This document shows positions 9,303 to 18,517 of a stretch of DNA of 64,000 nucleotides, one piece after another. The translations under genes were made by a program, and so were the position numbers. Source of the DNA: Pseudomonadota bacterium (GTDB lineage: Bacteria > Bdellovibrionota > UBA1018 > CAIMNF01). The stretch is from assembly GCA_027491115.1 (NCBI GenBank), contig JAIXWV010000035.1:170-64169 (forward strand), given 5' to 3'. Positions within the stretch are counted from its first letter, which is position 1. Each line of letters opens with the position of its first letter. A model generated the notes under the pieces. It was not told the DNA's origin, ran no database searches, and saw only the letters and a program-made list of their open reading frames with translations.

Positions 9303-10300
9303 GCTTCTCCGAATCGGAAATCATGAAGCATGCAAGAACGGCAAAAATCCTCTCTTGGTCTTTTGTCGGGTTCCTGCTCTCTTTGGCACTTCTACCCTGG
9401 GCCCAAACCGTGATCGGAAAGGGAAGGGTGGTGGCGTTTTCTCCGACCGAAAGGGAGCAGAGAATCATTGCACCCATCGACGGCAGAGTGAAGAAATGGT
9501 TCATCGCTGAAGGTTCCATAGTTAAAAAAGGGGACCCGATTGTCGAATTGACTGATGTTGATCCAGACATTCTGAAGCGACTCGAGCAAGAGCAGATTGC
9601 CACTAAAAAGAAAATCTCTGCAGCCAAACTCGGGATTGAAACCTCGAGAAAGAACCTCCAGCGGCAGGAAAAACTTTTCGAAGAAGGCATTTCTTCTAGA
9701 AGAAGTTATGAATTGGCGAATCTTGAGCTGGTGAAGTATCTCACGGACGAAGCCAATGCCACCTCTGAATTAGCCAAGTTGGACGTCCGCATGGCAAGAC
9801 AGGCGGCTCAGTTGGTCTCTGCACCCGTTGACGGGGTCATCACCAAGCGTCTCACAGGCCAGGAGGGTGAGGTTGTCAAGATCGGAGCCGAACTCTCCGT
9901 GCTGATTCCCAGTACGGATTCACGTGCCGTAGAGCTATGGGTTCGGGGAAACGACATGCCCCTGATCCACAAAGATCAATCCGTCAGACTCCAGTTTGAG
10001 GGATGGCCGGCCATACAGTTTTCGGGCTGGCCCTCGGTGGCAGTGGGAACATTTCCCGGCAAAGTCCTTTGGGTGGATCCCACCAGTAATGAAACTGGAG
10101 AGTTTAGGATCATGATTCTACCGGAGGGCGGAGTAGGGAATTGGCCGGATCCAGGATTTCTCAGACAAGGCGTTAAAACGTTGGGTTGGGTCAATATCAA
10201 GTCTGTCTCCATCGGATACGAACTTTGGCGTCAGTTCAATGCTTTCCCCATTGTCCCCGAAATCAAGACCGGAAAAAAAACGAAGGACGGCAAGGAATGA
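9299..10300 (+). CDS. HlyD-family membrane fusion protein
   Basis: N-terminal TM, lipoyl-like APIDGRV..EGSIVKKGD, coiled coil, VRLQFEGWPAIQFSGWP. Confidence 0.92.
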   Translation: MSFSESEIMKHARTAKILSWSFVGFLLSLALLPWAQTVIGKGRVVAFSPTEREQRIIAPIDGRVKKWFIAEGSIVKKGDPIVELTDVDPDILKRLEQEQIATKKKISAAKLGIETSRKNLQRQEKLFEEGISSRRSYELANLELVKYLTDEANATSELAKLDVRMARQAAQLVSAPVDGVITKRLTGQEGEVVKIGAELSVLIPSTDSRAVELWVRGNDMPLIHKDQSVRLQFEGWPAIQFSGWPSVAVGTFPGKVLWVDPTSNETGEFRIMILPEGGVGNWPDPGFLRQGVKTLGWVNIKSVSIGYELWRQFNAFPIVPEIKTGKKTKDGKE

Positions 10301-11691
10301 TTCGCCACTTGGCAATGATCGGATTGACGCTCTGGACGGGTGAGGCCCAGGGAGCACTTCGTTTCTCCGAGTTGGCGGGGCGAATCTTAAGTGAGTCTGA
10401 TCTGAAATCCCAGATCGAGAGTGATCGCCTTCGAGTATTTCTCGAATATCAAGTCGCTGTCGGGAACCAGTTCGATCCCGTACTAAAGGCCAAATACTTC
10501 GATCAATTCCGGGGTGACTATATCCAGCGCCGCAAAGAACTCAGTGTGATGCAAAGACTCTCTGTTTGGGGTTCGGCAATCGAGTTCGGTTATAATAAGA
10601 GCCAGGGTGATTTCGCGGACTACGATGGAAAGTACATGACCCAGGACGGGGGCTCCCTCCGTGCGAAATTGGACATACCAATCTTGAGGAACGGGTTCAC
10701 AGACAGTCTCAGGGCCGCTCTCAGAAAAGGGATTATCTCCAAAGAAGTCTCAGAGCTCCAAGCGCGTTCTCAATCCTTGGACCTGCTCCGCCAAATCGGA
10801 TCGCGTTATTGGGATTGGTACCTCAGCGGTCAGCGCCTAAATGTCGCGGAAAAAATCCTTAAGCTCGCTGAGGACCGCCAAGAAAAAATCCGAATTCGTG
10901 TGGAAAGGGGAGATATCGCCAAGATTGAGGAGCTGGAAGGTGACCGAACGATCCTTCAGAGAAAGTCCTCTCTGGCACAGGGAAATCGTTTATTCACTCG
11001 TGCGAGGCTAGACCTTGAGGCCTTGTTAAGTACTCGTACGGAGAAAATTCCCGAGCTCTCCCTCACTGAAATTCCTGAAATTCCAATTCCAACCAATCTG
11101 ACCTCGTCCTCGAATGGCTGGAAGCAATCTGAGATGGAGGATGCAGAAACCCATCCAGAAGTTAGACGCCAGAGGCTTGTGCTCGAACAGACCGGCATTG
11201 ATCGAGAGCTTGCCGGTAACCAATTCCTTCCCAAATTGGACTTTTCTGTAGAGGCTGGCGAGAATCTCGGTACTGAGGTTTACGGTCTCAGCAAGTTCAG
11301 AATGAATGGAGGATTGTTTTTCGAATTCCCCATACCGTCCAGGGCTGCTTCCGCCCGGATTTCACAAGCGGAAGCACAATGGGTGCGGCAAGAAGCGACG
11401 GCATCCCTCACCTTGGTCAGGATTCGCAACCAGATCTCAGATTCTGGCGTGGCCCTTGGTTTGGCCATGGAACGCCTCCGTTTGGCCACCTCGGAGATGG
11501 AGCTTGCAAAAAAACTGGTGGACCTGGAGAGCAAGCGATTCCTCGAGGGTGATTCAAACCTTCTTCTTCTCAACATCAGAGAACAAAACCTTGCGGAAGC
11601 CGAGATTCGTAAATTCGAAGCATTCTCAGAAATGAAAAAATCTGAAATCGATCTCAATGCTGCACAAGGCCGGCTCAAACTTGTTGACTAA
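10297..11691 (+). CDS. TolC-family outer membrane efflux protein
   Basis: Third gene of the ABC-HlyD operon (ATGA overlap); signal peptide; LPKLDF; E..RF.EGDSNLL motif. Confidence 0.88.
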   Translation: MIRHLAMIGLTLWTGEAQGALRFSELAGRILSESDLKSQIESDRLRVFLEYQVAVGNQFDPVLKAKYFDQFRGDYIQRRKELSVMQRLSVWGSAIEFGYNKSQGDFADYDGKYMTQDGGSLRAKLDIPILRNGFTDSLRAALRKGIISKEVSELQARSQSLDLLRQIGSRYWDWYLSGQRLNVAEKILKLAEDRQEKIRIRVERGDIAKIEELEGDRTILQRKSSLAQGNRLFTRARLDLEALLSTRTEKIPELSLTEIPEIPIPTNLTSSSNGWKQSEMEDAETHPEVRRQRLVLEQTGIDRELAGNQFLPKLDFSVEAGENLGTEVYGLSKFRMNGGLFFEFPIPSRAASARISQAEAQWVRQEATASLTLVRIRNQISDSGVALGLAMERLRLATSEMELAKKLVDLESKRFLEGDSNLLLLNIREQNLAEAEIRKFEAFSEMKKSEIDLNAAQGRLKLVD

Positions 11692-11730
11692 CTGAGTCAT
11701 TTCCGACTGGTACGAATTCTTACCATAAAC

Positions 11731-11739
11731 TTTTCCACA
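11731..11739 (+). promoter_or_regulatory. Possible DnaA box
   Basis: TTTTCCACA fits TTWTNCACA but overlaps an inverted iteron, so it may be coincidental. Confidence 0.35.
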
Positions 11740-12040
11740 GAGTACGAATTCAGGCGTTCAGACAGGCGCGAATTCGAACTATTTAGAAATGAATTCGTAC
11801 TCTCTGGAAAAAATGCTTGAGTTCATCCCGTTGGGTCGGCAAAATTTTCTTAATGACAGGGTGTCCCTCCAAATCAATGACCGAGTTATGTCCCAATCCG
11901 GGTAAGGTTGCGGCCATAATTCGTACCGTCTGGAAATTTGAATCGTACCGGATGGAATTGTATTCGTACCCAACGGAAATAATCGCAACTTTAATTCGTA
12001 CTTGCTGGAAAAAGCTCTCGGCCCCAATCCCCGGAGTGAG

Positions 12041-12062
12041 CATGAAATTTCGTCATTTCATG
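12041..12062. promoter_or_regulatory. Inverted repeat between the two forward iteron clusters
   Basis: CATGAAAT-TTCGTC-ATTTCATG, perfect 8-bp arms. Confidence 0.45.
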
Positions 12063-12294
12063 GACTTAATCCAAATTTCCGATGAGCCGGCTTCGTTCAT
12101 CCAGGGACAGGCCGAATTTCGCACCTCGCGGAAAATCAATTCGTACCCCTTTGAATTTTTCATGAGCAGAATTCGTACCCAATGGAATTCTAATCGTACC
12201 GGATGGAAAGCGGCCTCTGAAATCATTGGGAAATTGCCCTATTTAGCGGGTCCTATAAATACGTTTTTATTCATTAATAAAGGAGAAGAGAACG

Positions 12295-13914
12295 ATGACT
12301 CACTTAAGCACTGAAATCGTACTCCAAGGAAACCTGGCTGTGGTGAAAGAGGAACAAAGAGAACTCTTCAATCCTGATTTCACTGTTGAAGCCAATTTGG
12401 TGAAATACTCTGCATTGTTCCCCCCTCATTCTCCAGAGACCCCCCTGTACAGCACCCGACATATTGATGCACTTAATTCCACAGGAGGCGGTGGGATCAT
12501 CGTGACCCAACTGACCACTTCGACATCACCCATTTCAAACAAAGGGAAGATCGAGCAGGACAGGGTGCCCGGTGATTTTGAGAAGAAGGTGTTTTACGCG
12601 ATTGTTTCAATCTGGGTAACCAACGGAAAGCCTGCAGACGGCATCGTCCATTTTTCGATCGGAAAGCTCATTGAACAACTTGGATTGAGCACCGGTGGGA
12701 AGAACTACAAGATGGTCAAGGAAGCCATTAGCAGAATCAGTCGGTCGACCATCAAGATCGAAGGATCTTATGTCTCTGCTCCGGATTTCAGAAAAGACAC
12801 AAGAGAATTTTCACTCTTTGCTGATTGTCAGGAGAGTCAATCACGAAGAGGTCGCAAAAGCCTCAATGGCAATATTGAGACCGATTTTTATAGGATCCGT
12901 CTCAATACAGCCATTGTCAGTAACATGATCCATGACTATTCCATTGTCATTCAGGTGAAGGATTATACTTCAGCATCAAGCAAGTATTACCGCAGACTAG
13001 TGGACATTATTGAGTTTGAGTTCCAAAAAGGTTCCGGTTTGGGGCAAGAAAAAATCGAGTTTCTGCTATCGCAATTGGCCAAAAACCTTCCTTTGGAAGG
13101 AGAAGCCTCTAATGTCAGTACCATATTGAAAAGACTTTCCGCATCACTCAGAGAATTGGTCGATCTAGGAGGATATCGCTATGATGTCACAAAAGTTGGG
13201 AATAATGCGCTCCTGACCATCTATTCCAAGACACATACCCGAAAAATCCTGACACAAAAAACGATTGAAGAGGAGATTGAAGAATATTTCAAAATTCACG
13301 AGCGGTTGTTCTCAATTCCGATTTGGGGCACGCTCAGTGAATCACAAAAGGCGGTTTCTGACTTTTTGTCGGCAGACCAAGCCAGGATTGATTTCGATGG
13401 AAAATCCTTCCTGAAGCCAGTGCACATACTTGATGTATTGATGTTCCAGTACCATGTTCGGAATGGGAAAAAACAACTTCGGAAGTGGTCTGCTGCCAAC
13501 GAGGAACGAGGCTCGATTCTCAGGATCGCGAGGAGCATCCTGAACGGATCGAACACTCTCAAATATCCGGACGGCTACAAGACGTATTTTGAACGGCTCC
13601 GTGACGCTGAAGCCTTGATTGCGAAGAACCAGCTCGAAGCCCGAGAGCAGGTGAGGACTCAAAGTGCTGCCCAGGAGGCCGAAAAGCAGGCGCGCAACCT
13701 TTATTTGGAGTTGAATGCATCAGGGCTCAATCACTATTTGAAAAGGCTCAGAGAAGAGTTTCCGAAGCTGCCTGAAGAAGCGATTCGCAGCGAGAAAATG
13801 ATCACCGATACCATCATGGAGGACATCCTAGACGGATCCTTGAGTCGGGTTCACTTCAAGAATCTGCAACCTCAGTTAGAGCGAGCACCCTTCAGTAAGG
13901 GTGAAATAAGTTAA
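12295..13914 (+). CDS. Putative plasmid/chromid replication initiator (winged-helix Rep; RepA/TrfA-like)
   Basis: Directly downstream of the iterons; PGDFEKKVFYAI..VHFSIGKLIEQLGLSTGGKNYKMVKEAISRI..STIKI resembles the first winged helix of iteron-binding Reps; strong RBS AGGAG. Confidence 0.78.
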   Translation: MTHLSTEIVLQGNLAVVKEEQRELFNPDFTVEANLVKYSALFPPHSPETPLYSTRHIDALNSTGGGGIIVTQLTTSTSPISNKGKIEQDRVPGDFEKKVFYAIVSIWVTNGKPADGIVHFSIGKLIEQLGLSTGGKNYKMVKEAISRISRSTIKIEGSYVSAPDFRKDTREFSLFADCQESQSRRGRKSLNGNIETDFYRIRLNTAIVSNMIHDYSIVIQVKDYTSASSKYYRRLVDIIEFEFQKGSGLGQEKIEFLLSQLAKNLPLEGEASNVSTILKRLSASLRELVDLGGYRYDVTKVGNNALLTIYSKTHTRKILTQKTIEEEIEEYFKIHERLFSIPIWGTLSESQKAVSDFLSADQARIDFDGKSFLKPVHILDVLMFQYHVRNGKKQLRKWSAANEERGSILRIARSILNGSNTLKYPDGYKTYFERLRDAEALIAKNQLEAREQVRTQSAAQEAEKQARNLYLELNASGLNHYLKRLREEFPKLPEEAIRSEKMITDTIMEDILDGSLSRVHFKNLQPQLERAPFSKGEIS

Positions 13915-15107
13915 GGTTTTTTCTTTTGGCGTTGACCGATCGGGATCTTGTATCCACCTTCCACTATGAACTGGATGGATCCGATGGGAGTATGCTCCAG
14001 CCGGTCTCCGGCGGAATTGACCAGAGCATTGTCAATCTTGATGTAGGTTCCGCGCACTGTCGGTTGCAAGAAGAAGTTTCCAAGCCCGAGCCGCACGTGA
14101 GCATCGGCGTGGCCACCATAGCCAGCAATATGAAAATTGTTGTCCACGCCTTCCCAGTTCCACCAGCTGTCTTGATGGAGCTTGACGGTAGTCTGGGGAA
14201 TCATAAGACCTGCACCCGCACCGCCGCCAACCCCTAGCGAGAAACGGTTGTTCTTCGAATGCCAAAGACCTTTTTTGTAAACCGCGCCGACATGGGCATA
14301 GTTGTAACCGTTGGTATGGTCAAAGTACAACCAACGCATGTCACCGGTTGCCTTGACTTGGTCGAAATTGAGACCAGAAAGAAGGGATGGGTCGCCACTG
14401 GGATGGGGCACGAAGACAGTTCGATTGTATTCCCCGGTGACTTCGTACCTCCTATCATTTTGAAATACCCACTTCATGTGATCGAGGCCGGCGACAATGT
14501 CCCAGTTTTCATTTACCTCGTAGCCAATTTTTAGGTTGTACTGTGGAATGGGAATTCGAGTGGGATGGATATAGTCCAACAGTTCCTTGGATTGCCGATC
14601 ATGTCCGACAGCATCATGGATTGTGAAGGTTCCGGAGGCGGTTTTGAATGTAGCATCTGATGTGGTGTGAAATCCGCGATGGTATCCCCAAGTGATGTAA
14701 ACAAAGCGTTTTTTCTTTGGAGGGACGTTCACCAATGGCGAGGCGTCACGAGGGAGGGGGTTCGTGTTCACTACGGGTATGTTGCAGGTTGTGCAATGGG
14801 GTTGACCGGGCATTACAGGCGTCGGAGAAGCCGAAGCTGCCACGGGAACAGTCTCCACTACCACTTCCACGTCAAGAAGTTCGAGCTCACCTGCCTGAAT
14901 CTGGTTCTCAGAGCTTTTCAGGACATGTTCTTTCGACTGGTTCGCCAAATCATCGATTTTAGAATCTTTGAGGGAAACTTTATCAAGCTCCTCAAAGGGA
15001 ATAACCTGACGGAGAGCCTCAGGGGACTCTGCCATGGAATGGGTGAACGGGTAGAAGCAGGTCAGAACCAACCAAAAAATGGCCATCATCGAATGTCTTT
15101 TCGTCAA
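13911..15107 (-). CDS. Exported, probable outer-membrane beta-barrel protein
   Basis: Signal peptide; alternating amphipathic strands (YITWGY, IPQYNLKIGY, GLDHMKW, VEGGYKI). Confidence 0.6.
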   Translation of the reverse strand: MTKRHSMMAIFWLVLTCFYPFTHSMAESPEALRQVIPFEELDKVSLKDSKIDDLANQSKEHVLKSSENQIQAGELELLDVEVVVETVPVAASASPTPVMPGQPHCTTCNIPVVNTNPLPRDASPLVNVPPKKKRFVYITWGYHRGFHTTSDATFKTASGTFTIHDAVGHDRQSKELLDYIHPTRIPIPQYNLKIGYEVNENWDIVAGLDHMKWVFQNDRRYEVTGEYNRTVFVPHPSGDPSLLSGLNFDQVKATGDMRWLYFDHTNGYNYAHVGAVYKKGLWHSKNNRFSLGVGGGAGAGLMIPQTTVKLHQDSWWNWEGVDNNFHIAGYGGHADAHVRLGLGNFFLQPTVRGTYIKIDNALVNSAGDRLEHTPIGSIQFIVEGGYKIPIGQRQKKKP

Positions 15108-15166
15108 AAAACAGTCGGGACTTAAGCCTAATTTATTATTAGGGAATACAAATGGTTAGGCTGAGT

Positions 15167-15403
15167 TCATTTCGAGAACCAGTCTTTAATCTTCAGAATG
15201 AGCCAAACCAATCCATTCAGAATTAAGATAGTGGTGAATGGAAAATAGAATTTGAAGTTCTGCTTTTCATAAGAAAAATCGCCGGGAAGGTGACCCAGCC
15301 ATTTCAGGCGGTCACCCAGTCCCCATAACAAACCACCCACTAGACAAAGAATGACTCCAATGACGAGTAGTGTTTTTCCTGATTCTTCCTGTGTCATGGG
15401 CAT
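15167..15403 (-). CDS. DUF2905-family small membrane protein
   Basis: LGHLPGDF..NFKFYFPFTT motif with two TM helices. Confidence 0.85.
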   Translation of the reverse strand: MPMTQEESGKTLLVIGVILCLVGGLLWGLGDRLKWLGHLPGDFSYEKQNFKFYFPFTTILILNGLVWLILKIKDWFSK

Positions 15404-15491
15404 TGAAATACTTTGTAGCAAGACAAAGGTCAATATTCGGTATTTTAAATTAGGTTTGGGACTCTGATGTTCCTCATGTTCCAATGAGTCC

Positions 15492-16442
15492 ATGAATCGG
15501 ATTGTCTCTGGTATTTCTTTTTTGGGGCTATTTATCAGTCTTCAAGCATTTCCTGATCAGTTTGGCAGCTCGAGTTCAGTTGGGGGAGGAACCCTTTCAC
15601 AAACTTTGAGTCTTTCAAAGCGTTTCAAGGGCCCTAAAGAGGAAGAATCAAGGTCAGTGTATCTTGCGTATACCATGACACAGAACGAGATCGGGTCTAC
15701 TACCGGAACGTCTTCGAATGCATTCAACTATACTCACTCGATGAGTACAACTTATTCGGTCTCAGGAAACACACGTCGTGGCCTGAGTGGGTCATTTTCA
15801 ACCACGCCCGCAGAAAACCTGAGTTCTTTCGGAGCAACAGGTTTCTTATCCAAGAGTATTGAGCTCGGAACCAGGACCGAGGCGGAAGAAGATGATGATT
15901 CGTTTCTTCCCACTATCGGGGTCAGGGGTTCGGTCGGTTACCAACATTATGCCCAGACTGTTTCAGACGATTCTGGCTCTAAGCGGAAGGGGAGTCGGCG
16001 GAAGCGCACTCGTACTGAGGAGCAATCTATCGGAAAAGTTTCTCTCGATCTGACCTTGAACCTCGATCTGTTTGAGTCGTTTGGTGTTTTTGGGTCGTAT
16101 ACCCGGTACGTGTACACCAGAGATGTAACGGACTTCATGGATGTATTGGATGACCCTCGAGCCATTGCTTCTGGTGCAGCCGAATTTAGTTCGACTCTTT
16201 CAGGTTTTTCTTCGAATGAAATCGAAGCTGGGGTGGATCTGACTTTGCCACTGGATCTTTCGCTGGCTATCTCGAAAAGCCTTGCCGCCAATGAGACCAC
16301 CTCGGTGATCACCCACGCGTACTCGGTAGAATTGAACAAGGATTGGGGGAGTTACTGGAGTACTGGAATTGGGGCTGACCGATTCGTGAGCAATGGAAGC
16401 TCCCAGGATCTTTATAACTTTTCTCTATCTTACAGTTTTTGA
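15492..16442 (+). CDS. Outer-membrane beta-barrel-like hypothetical protein
   Basis: Signal peptide, S/T/G-rich strands, C-terminal YNFSLSYSF beta-signal. Confidence 0.65.
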   Translation: MNRIVSGISFLGLFISLQAFPDQFGSSSSVGGGTLSQTLSLSKRFKGPKEEESRSVYLAYTMTQNEIGSTTGTSSNAFNYTHSMSTTYSVSGNTRRGLSGSFSTTPAENLSSFGATGFLSKSIELGTRTEAEEDDDSFLPTIGVRGSVGYQHYAQTVSDDSGSKRKGSRRKRTRTEEQSIGKVSLDLTLNLDLFESFGVFGSYTRYVYTRDVTDFMDVLDDPRAIASGAAEFSSTLSGFSSNEIEAGVDLTLPLDLSLAISKSLAANETTSVITHAYSVELNKDWGSYWSTGIGADRFVSNGSSQDLYNFSLSYSF

Positions 16443-16443
16443 T

Positions 16444-17238
16444 TCATTCAACAGTCTTCTTTAGGACCATGCACAGCGAGAGCCCAGGAATCCGGATGCC
16501 GAGTCTGGCTAACCATCTGCTAAGATGTGCATCGGTGTTCAGTACCCTTCCGATTCCCCGGGTTGCGGGGTGACTTTCGTGGTGCTTCCATTCGCTCACG
16601 GTGTGTGAGGATTCCACCTCCGGTTTCACTCCGAAAAAGAACTCGAGGATTTTCTGGATCACACGGACAAAAAAGAGCAGGTGAAAAAAGTAGAAGGACT
16701 CCTCGATTTTGACTTCGGATGGGCTACGGATCAAATACATCAAGTGGGCACGATGGTAACGTCGGAAGTGTTTGAGCCTGAGGTCATGAAATGAAAATAG
16801 AAGTTGAAAAGCAGGGACGGTGATCAGGAGCAGGCCGCCCGGTTCGAGCATGGAGATCAGTCGGTTCAACAGGGCCTCGTCATCGGCCACATGTTCAAGA
16901 ACATCCAGCGCACAAATAGCGCGATACTTGGTGTCACCGAGTTCTTCGAGACTCTTGAACATCGAGACCCCCGGAGTCGGTCCTGACGGGTCCGGGAATG
17001 CAGTATCGACCGCATCGACAGGAGCTCCTGTCTTTTTATGGAGCTGGAGTGCGAAATAGAGGTCACCCGCTCCGATATCGAGAATTCGGTCCTTCGGTGC
17101 GAGGTGCCCATGGGCTTCCAGCACGTGCAAAATGAACTTTGCGCGGGAAAGCTCCCAAGGGTGGCGGTGAGGGTTACTTGAGAGTTCTGAAAGGTCCAAG
17201 GTCGATTTCCTTTGTGATGTCTTCACAGCTGGCTTCAC
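16444..17238 (-). CDS. Class I SAM-dependent methyltransferase
   Basis: ILDIGAGD, LDVLEH, LEPGGLLLITVPA; start uncertain. Confidence 0.88.
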   Translation of the reverse strand: MKPAVKTSQRKSTLDLSELSSNPHRHPWELSRAKFILHVLEAHGHLAPKDRILDIGAGDLYFALQLHKKTGAPVDAVDTAFPDPSGPTPGVSMFKSLEELGDTKYRAICALDVLEHVADDEALLNRLISMLEPGGLLLITVPAFQLLFSFHDLRLKHFRRYHRAHLMYLIRSPSEVKIEESFYFFHLLFFVRVIQKILEFFFGVKPEVESSHTVSEWKHHESHPATRGIGRVLNTDAHLSRWLARLGIRIPGLSLCMVLKKTVE

Positions 17239-18478
17239 CCGAAACCAGTCTTGAGTAGGACAATCCTAGCGTGTTGTTTTCAGTCTGAAACCACGCCTCG
17301 GAGCGAGAGGTCCAGTCTAGGAAATAGGCGTTCCCGAGAAAAATTGCAAATCCCAAACAGATGAACAGGAAAGCAGGACGGACCAACGGAGCTGACCGAA
17401 TGAGCTTTCTATAGGTCAGGGCAGCGAGCACGACAAAAAACGGCCAGGCGGCGATGGCCCGAAGGGAGTGGGGGACGCTCTCCCAGGTGAGTGCGGAGGG
17501 TAGGATTCCCAAGATGGCTCCGGCCATGATGAAGCGTATTCCCTCGCTCGGGAGGGTTCTTTTGCGGATCATCATGATGGAGCCTGAGAGTGCTCCACCC
17601 ACCAGAAGCAGGTACTCGACCGGGCTCATCATTCCCACCGCCCCAGTCGAATGTCTCAGGTTGCGATCCCCCGAAAGCATCAGGAAGTCGGGACTCAGGT
17701 GACTGAGGAAGTTTTGAATTGCAGACCACAGGATTTCAAGTACCCCCGAATCATGAAGTGGGCTCATCGGGTGACTGCTCCAGAGCACCAGCATCTCGGC
17801 CCGTGCGGTGAATCGAGGATCAACCAGTGTGCGCCAGAAAACTGGCGCAAGGATGATGCATAGAATTGCCATTGAGTACGATTTCTTTTTCCATCCGAGA
17901 CCGGGAAGCAAGAGTACCAGCGGAAAGGTGAGGATCCGTGTACCCGGGTAAGCCAAGGACGCCAATCCGAACGCCAGGGCTCCCAGTACCCAATGGAAGC
18001 GCCATTTCAGTGATTCAAAGGCATAGAGGCCGAGTACGATGAAGCACGCTGAAACGGGTGGATCCCAGGCGATACGTGAGAATTGAAAGACCCAGGGCGA
18101 AACACTGGCAAGCAGGGCTGCGGCCAGGGCGGTCTCTTCATCTTCTTTTTTTCGTACCCAGAGGAAAATGAAGACCACCGTGAGGCAGGTGATGAATGCG
18201 GGGAAGGTTCGAAAAGCAGCGGTCGAAACACCGAAGATGCGGGTCCAGAGAGCTTCTCCATACAAATAGGGCGCTGTGTAGTAACCCGCCCCGAGACCTG
18301 CAGAAAACAAGGGAAAGGCGTTTCCGAAGAGGTCTTTACCCGTTTCTCCTAGACAAAGCGCATGCGCGGCTCCCACAGCCTCATCCACATAAAATCCGGG
18401 AGGCGAACGGTCGGTCGCTATGAATCGAACAGCATTCAGGATCAGGATGGCCCCGATGGTCCAAGCTCGAAGTGACAT
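17174..18478 (-). CDS. GT39/ArnT-like integral membrane glycosyltransferase
   Basis: PPGFYVDEA motif, SPW..FSRIAW, many TM helices, GDRNLRHS. Confidence 0.85.
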   Translation of the reverse strand: MSLRAWTIGAILILNAVRFIATDRSPPGFYVDEAVGAAHALCLGETGKDLFGNAFPLFSAGLGAGYYTAPYLYGEALWTRIFGVSTAAFRTFPAFITCLTVVFIFLWVRKKEDEETALAAALLASVSPWVFQFSRIAWDPPVSACFIVLGLYAFESLKWRFHWVLGALAFGLASLAYPGTRILTFPLVLLLPGLGWKKKSYSMAILCIILAPVFWRTLVDPRFTARAEMLVLWSSHPMSPLHDSGVLEILWSAIQNFLSHLSPDFLMLSGDRNLRHSTGAVGMMSPVEYLLLVGGALSGSIMMIRKRTLPSEGIRFIMAGAILGILPSALTWESVPHSLRAIAAWPFFVVLAALTYRKLIRSAPLVRPAFLFICLGFAIFLGNAYFLDWTSRSEAWFQTENNTLGLSYSRLVSGEASCEDITKEIDLGPFRTLK

Positions 18479-18494
18479 GACCCCATGATGCCCG

Positions 18495-18513
18495 AATTCG
18501 TACTGGATGGAAA
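18495..18513 (+). repeat. Isolated satellite iteron
   Basis: AATTCGTACTGGATGGAAA, full consensus match, in the 39-bp gap between two genes. Confidence 0.7.
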
Positions 18514-18517
18514 CGGC

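Larger units (their letters stand above)
11700..12332. repeat. Iteron array, putative replication origin
   Basis: 12 copies of about 19-bp WWWTCGTAC-N5-GGAAW (two with one mismatch): - strand at 11700, 11732; + strand at 11792, 11918, 11940, 11961, 11993, 12116, 12138, 12170, 12191, 12314; spacings within clusters 21/22/32 bp. Confidence 0.88.

Noticed and set aside
11779-12314. ORFs 11817-12314 (+), 11779-12027 (-) and 11783-12043 (-)
   Set aside because: Their repeated IRT/SYR/YE peptides are translations of the iterons; there are no protein-like features.
11700-12332. CRISPR array interpretation of the repeats
   Set aside because: Repeats are about 19 bp with a variable core, gaps within clusters are only 2-13 bp, orientation is mixed and there are no cas genes. 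This fits iterons.
5753-13914. Prophage or ICE interpretation based on the excisionase-like HTH, ParA and Rep
   Set aside because: No integrase, att-flanked tRNA, structural phage, relaxase or T4SS genes in the window.
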